DNA from: a virus
Reading direction: 5' to 3' (one strand)
Virus record (IMG/VR): IMGVR_UViG_3300018719_000005
Location: 1 to 63,707 of that record
DNA: 63,707 nt
Every line of letters starts with the position of its first letter. The stretch's first letter is position 1. The position numbers and the translations under genes are program-made. Positions 62,013 to 63,707 of the stretch are shown one piece after another. Under the pieces are notes generated by a model. That model saw only the letters and a list, made by a program, of their open reading frames with translations, was not told where the DNA came from and did not search any database.

Positions 62013-63707
62013 GTGTCAAGATTAGGAGTCTACGCTAGGGTAAGCTCAGATGATCAAGCAGAGCGTGGAACAATTGAGAATCAGTTAGAATTTGCAAGAA
62101 AGTATGCAGACCTCCATCAACTTGAAGTCGTCAAATGGTATAAGGACGATGGAGTCACCGGAACAATTCCTTTAGAAGGACGATCTGCCGGTAAAGAACT
62201 GCTCGAGGATGCTAAGAATGGCCTTATCGATCTACTTCTCATCTACCGACTTGACCGACTCGGACGTTCAGCCCGAATCATTTTAAACTCTGTCCATGAG
62301 TTAGAAGGATACGGCGTAAAGATTCGGTCCATGACTGAACCGTTTGACACCGGTGACCCTTCTGGCCGTTTCCTTCTGACCATCTTAGCCGGTGTTGCTG
62401 ACTTAGAGAGAGAAACCATCCTGGAGCGTCTTTGGTACGGGGCAAATCGTGCAGCTCGAACAGGGAAATGGCTGGGTGGTATCGTGCCGTATGGCTATCA
62501 GTTGAACGCAGAAGGGTTCTTGGAGGTAAATGAGGATCCTCTCCCCCACTTTGATATGAGTGAAGCAGCCGTTGTACGTATGATCTTTCATATGCTTGCA
62601 GCTCAAGGACAGTCTTGCATTAAGGTTGCAGACTACTTAAATGCGCTCGGAGTCCCAACCGCTTATACAAAGGACGATCGTAAAGTAACCCGCGGTAAAC
62701 GCCAGGAAAAAACATCGGGCATTTGGCGGCCGGCACGAATCCGGGCAATTATCACGAATACTACCTATAAAGGCATCCATCAATACGGTAAAAGAAGTGC
62801 AAAAAAGCGTGAACTCATTGAACGTGAGGTACCGGCGATTGTAGATGTAGAAACATGGGAAAAGGCGCAACGAGTCTTACGAGGTAATCAGATCGAGGCC
62901 ATGCGAAATGCCAAGAATCGCTACCTGTTACGCGGTCTAATCAAGTGTCAATGCTGTGGGTTAACTTATGTCGGTATCCATTATCACGGCAGCAAGCGGT
63001 CATTAAAAGGTTATTACGTTTGCACGGGAAAACAAGCGTATAAAGGACCAATGCAAGGTAAATGTACATCAAAGAACATTCCCCAAGATTGGATCGAGGA
63101 TTTGGTTTGGAATGATTGTGTAGCTTTCATCAATCAACCTGGGGAAGCATTGCAACAAATAGCTGCAACACTCGAGACAAAGAAATCGGAGAAACAAGAT
63201 TTTGAAGCAGAAGTCACGTTAATTCAAAAAGCAATCGATGATAAAGACATTGAGCGTCAGAGCATCCTAGATCTCTTCCGGAAAAACATCATCTCTTACA
63301 CAGATCTCGAAAAGCAGATCCAAAAGATTAACCAAGAGAAAGAGCTATTGGAAATTCGCTTGAAGGATCTCCGTAGCTATCTTAAGAATGATCAGGATTA
63401 CACAAACAAGATCAGCAATGCTTTTCAGCTCCTCAACACATTGAAAAACAAATTAGATGAGGACCCTTCTTTCGAAACTAGACGCGAGATTGTTAAATCA
63501 CTCGTACAAAGGGTTAATGTCGAAACAATCTATGATGAATACACGAAAAGACCCCGTGCTTCTGTTTCTGTTCAATACTCTCTGTCCAAGGATATTATCT
63601 ACACGGACAAGGGTTCAGATAATACCCTTGAAATTTCTATTAATAAGGAAGCTTCACTGAACGATACTTTTCCTGAGGATGACACGCCAGGGGGAAGATT
63701 GCGGAGG
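62013..63707 (+). CDS. int: Large serine recombinase (phage integrase). The ORF is still open at the window end.
   Basis: SD GAGGTGAGA before GTG 62013. Motifs: VYARVSSDDQ, YRLDRLGRS. Recombinase domain present. Zinc ribbon CQCCG..YYVCTG..GKC. Coiled coil present. 565 codons without a stop. Confidence 0.9.
   Translation, partial: MSRLGVYARVSSDDQAERGTIENQLEFARKYADLHQLEVVKWYKDDGVTGTIPLEGRSAGKELLEDAKNGLIDLLLIYRLDRLGRSARIILNSVHELEGYGVKIRSMTEPFDTGDPSGRFLLTILAGVADLERETILERLWYGANRAARTGKWLGGIVPYGYQLNAEGFLEVNEDPLPHFDMSEAAVVRMIFHMLAAQGQSCIKVADYLNALGVPTAYTKDDRKVTRGKRQEKTSGIWRPARIRAIITNTTYKGIHQYGKRSAKKRELIEREVPAIVDVETWEKAQRVLRGNQIEAMRNAKNRYLLRGLIKCQCCGLTYVGIHYHGSKRSLKGYYVCTGKQAYKGPMQGKCTSKNIPQDWIEDLVWNDCVAFINQPGEALQQIAATLETKKSEKQDFEAEVTLIQKAIDDKDIERQSILDLFRKNIISYTDLEKQIQKINQEKELLEIRLKDLRSYLKNDQDYTNKISNAFQLLNTLKNKLDEDPSFETRREIVKSLVQRVNVETIYDEYTKRPRASVSVQYSLSKDIIYTDKGSDNTLEISINKEASLNDTFPEDDTPGGRLRR
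63593..63707. repeat. Terminal direct repeat, right copy (identical to 1-115)
   Basis: Same 115-nt string as 1-115. It lies inside the open recombinase reading frame. Confidence 0.95.

Noticed and set aside
1-63707. tRNA, rRNA or other structured RNA genes
   Set aside because: Visual inspection of the intergenic regions longer than 150 nt showed no cloverleaf-like or conserved RNA signatures. This is not a substitute for tRNAscan/Infernal.

Overview
The window looks like a complete ~63.6-kb temperate phage or prophage with a contractile tail, from a low-GC Firmicute. SLH domains, a copper-amine-oxidase-type stalk, XhlA, ArpU and ImmA hallmarks suggest Bacillales/Paenibacillaceae. Bases 1-115 are identical to 63593-63707, so the element is circular or terminally redundant as assembled (unique length 63,592 bp).

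Minus strand, from high to low coordinates:
- cro-like gene
- early genes: YqaJ-type exonuclease, RecT, DnaD-like, BRO/KilAC antirepressor, RusA
- a block of tiny genes
- ArpU-type late regulator
- accessory cassette
- TerS/TerL
- portal-MuF fusion, protease/scaffold, capsid, neck
- sheath/tube
- lambda-style G/GT -1 frameshift chaperone
- tape measure
- PBSX-like baseplate (XkdP-U order)
- 1171-aa glycine-rich fibre
- XhlA/holin/GH73 lysis cassette

The plus strand carries the lysogeny genes: a cI-like repressor, an ImmA protease and a large serine recombinase. The recombinase ORF runs across the junction into two XRE helix-turn-helix domains.

AT-rich accessory islands hold the most interesting content:
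- an SRA-HNH nuclease translationally adjacent to an OLD/PARIS-like ATPase-TOPRIM protein (52.8-55.6 kb)
- a second SRA-like HNH nuclease paired with a membrane protein (38.0-39.4 kb)
- an RHH + zinc-ribbon-DUF4145 pair
- an unknown 304-aa protein overlapping a 4-TM protein next to the integrase
- an island with an ADP-ribosylglycohydrolase, a pentapeptide-repeat protein and immunity-like genes
- a polymorphic toxin with a RelE-like C-terminus plus an immunity gene
- a membrane-anchored NucB-Excalibur DNase

All family assignments come from motif reading by eye. No database search was run.
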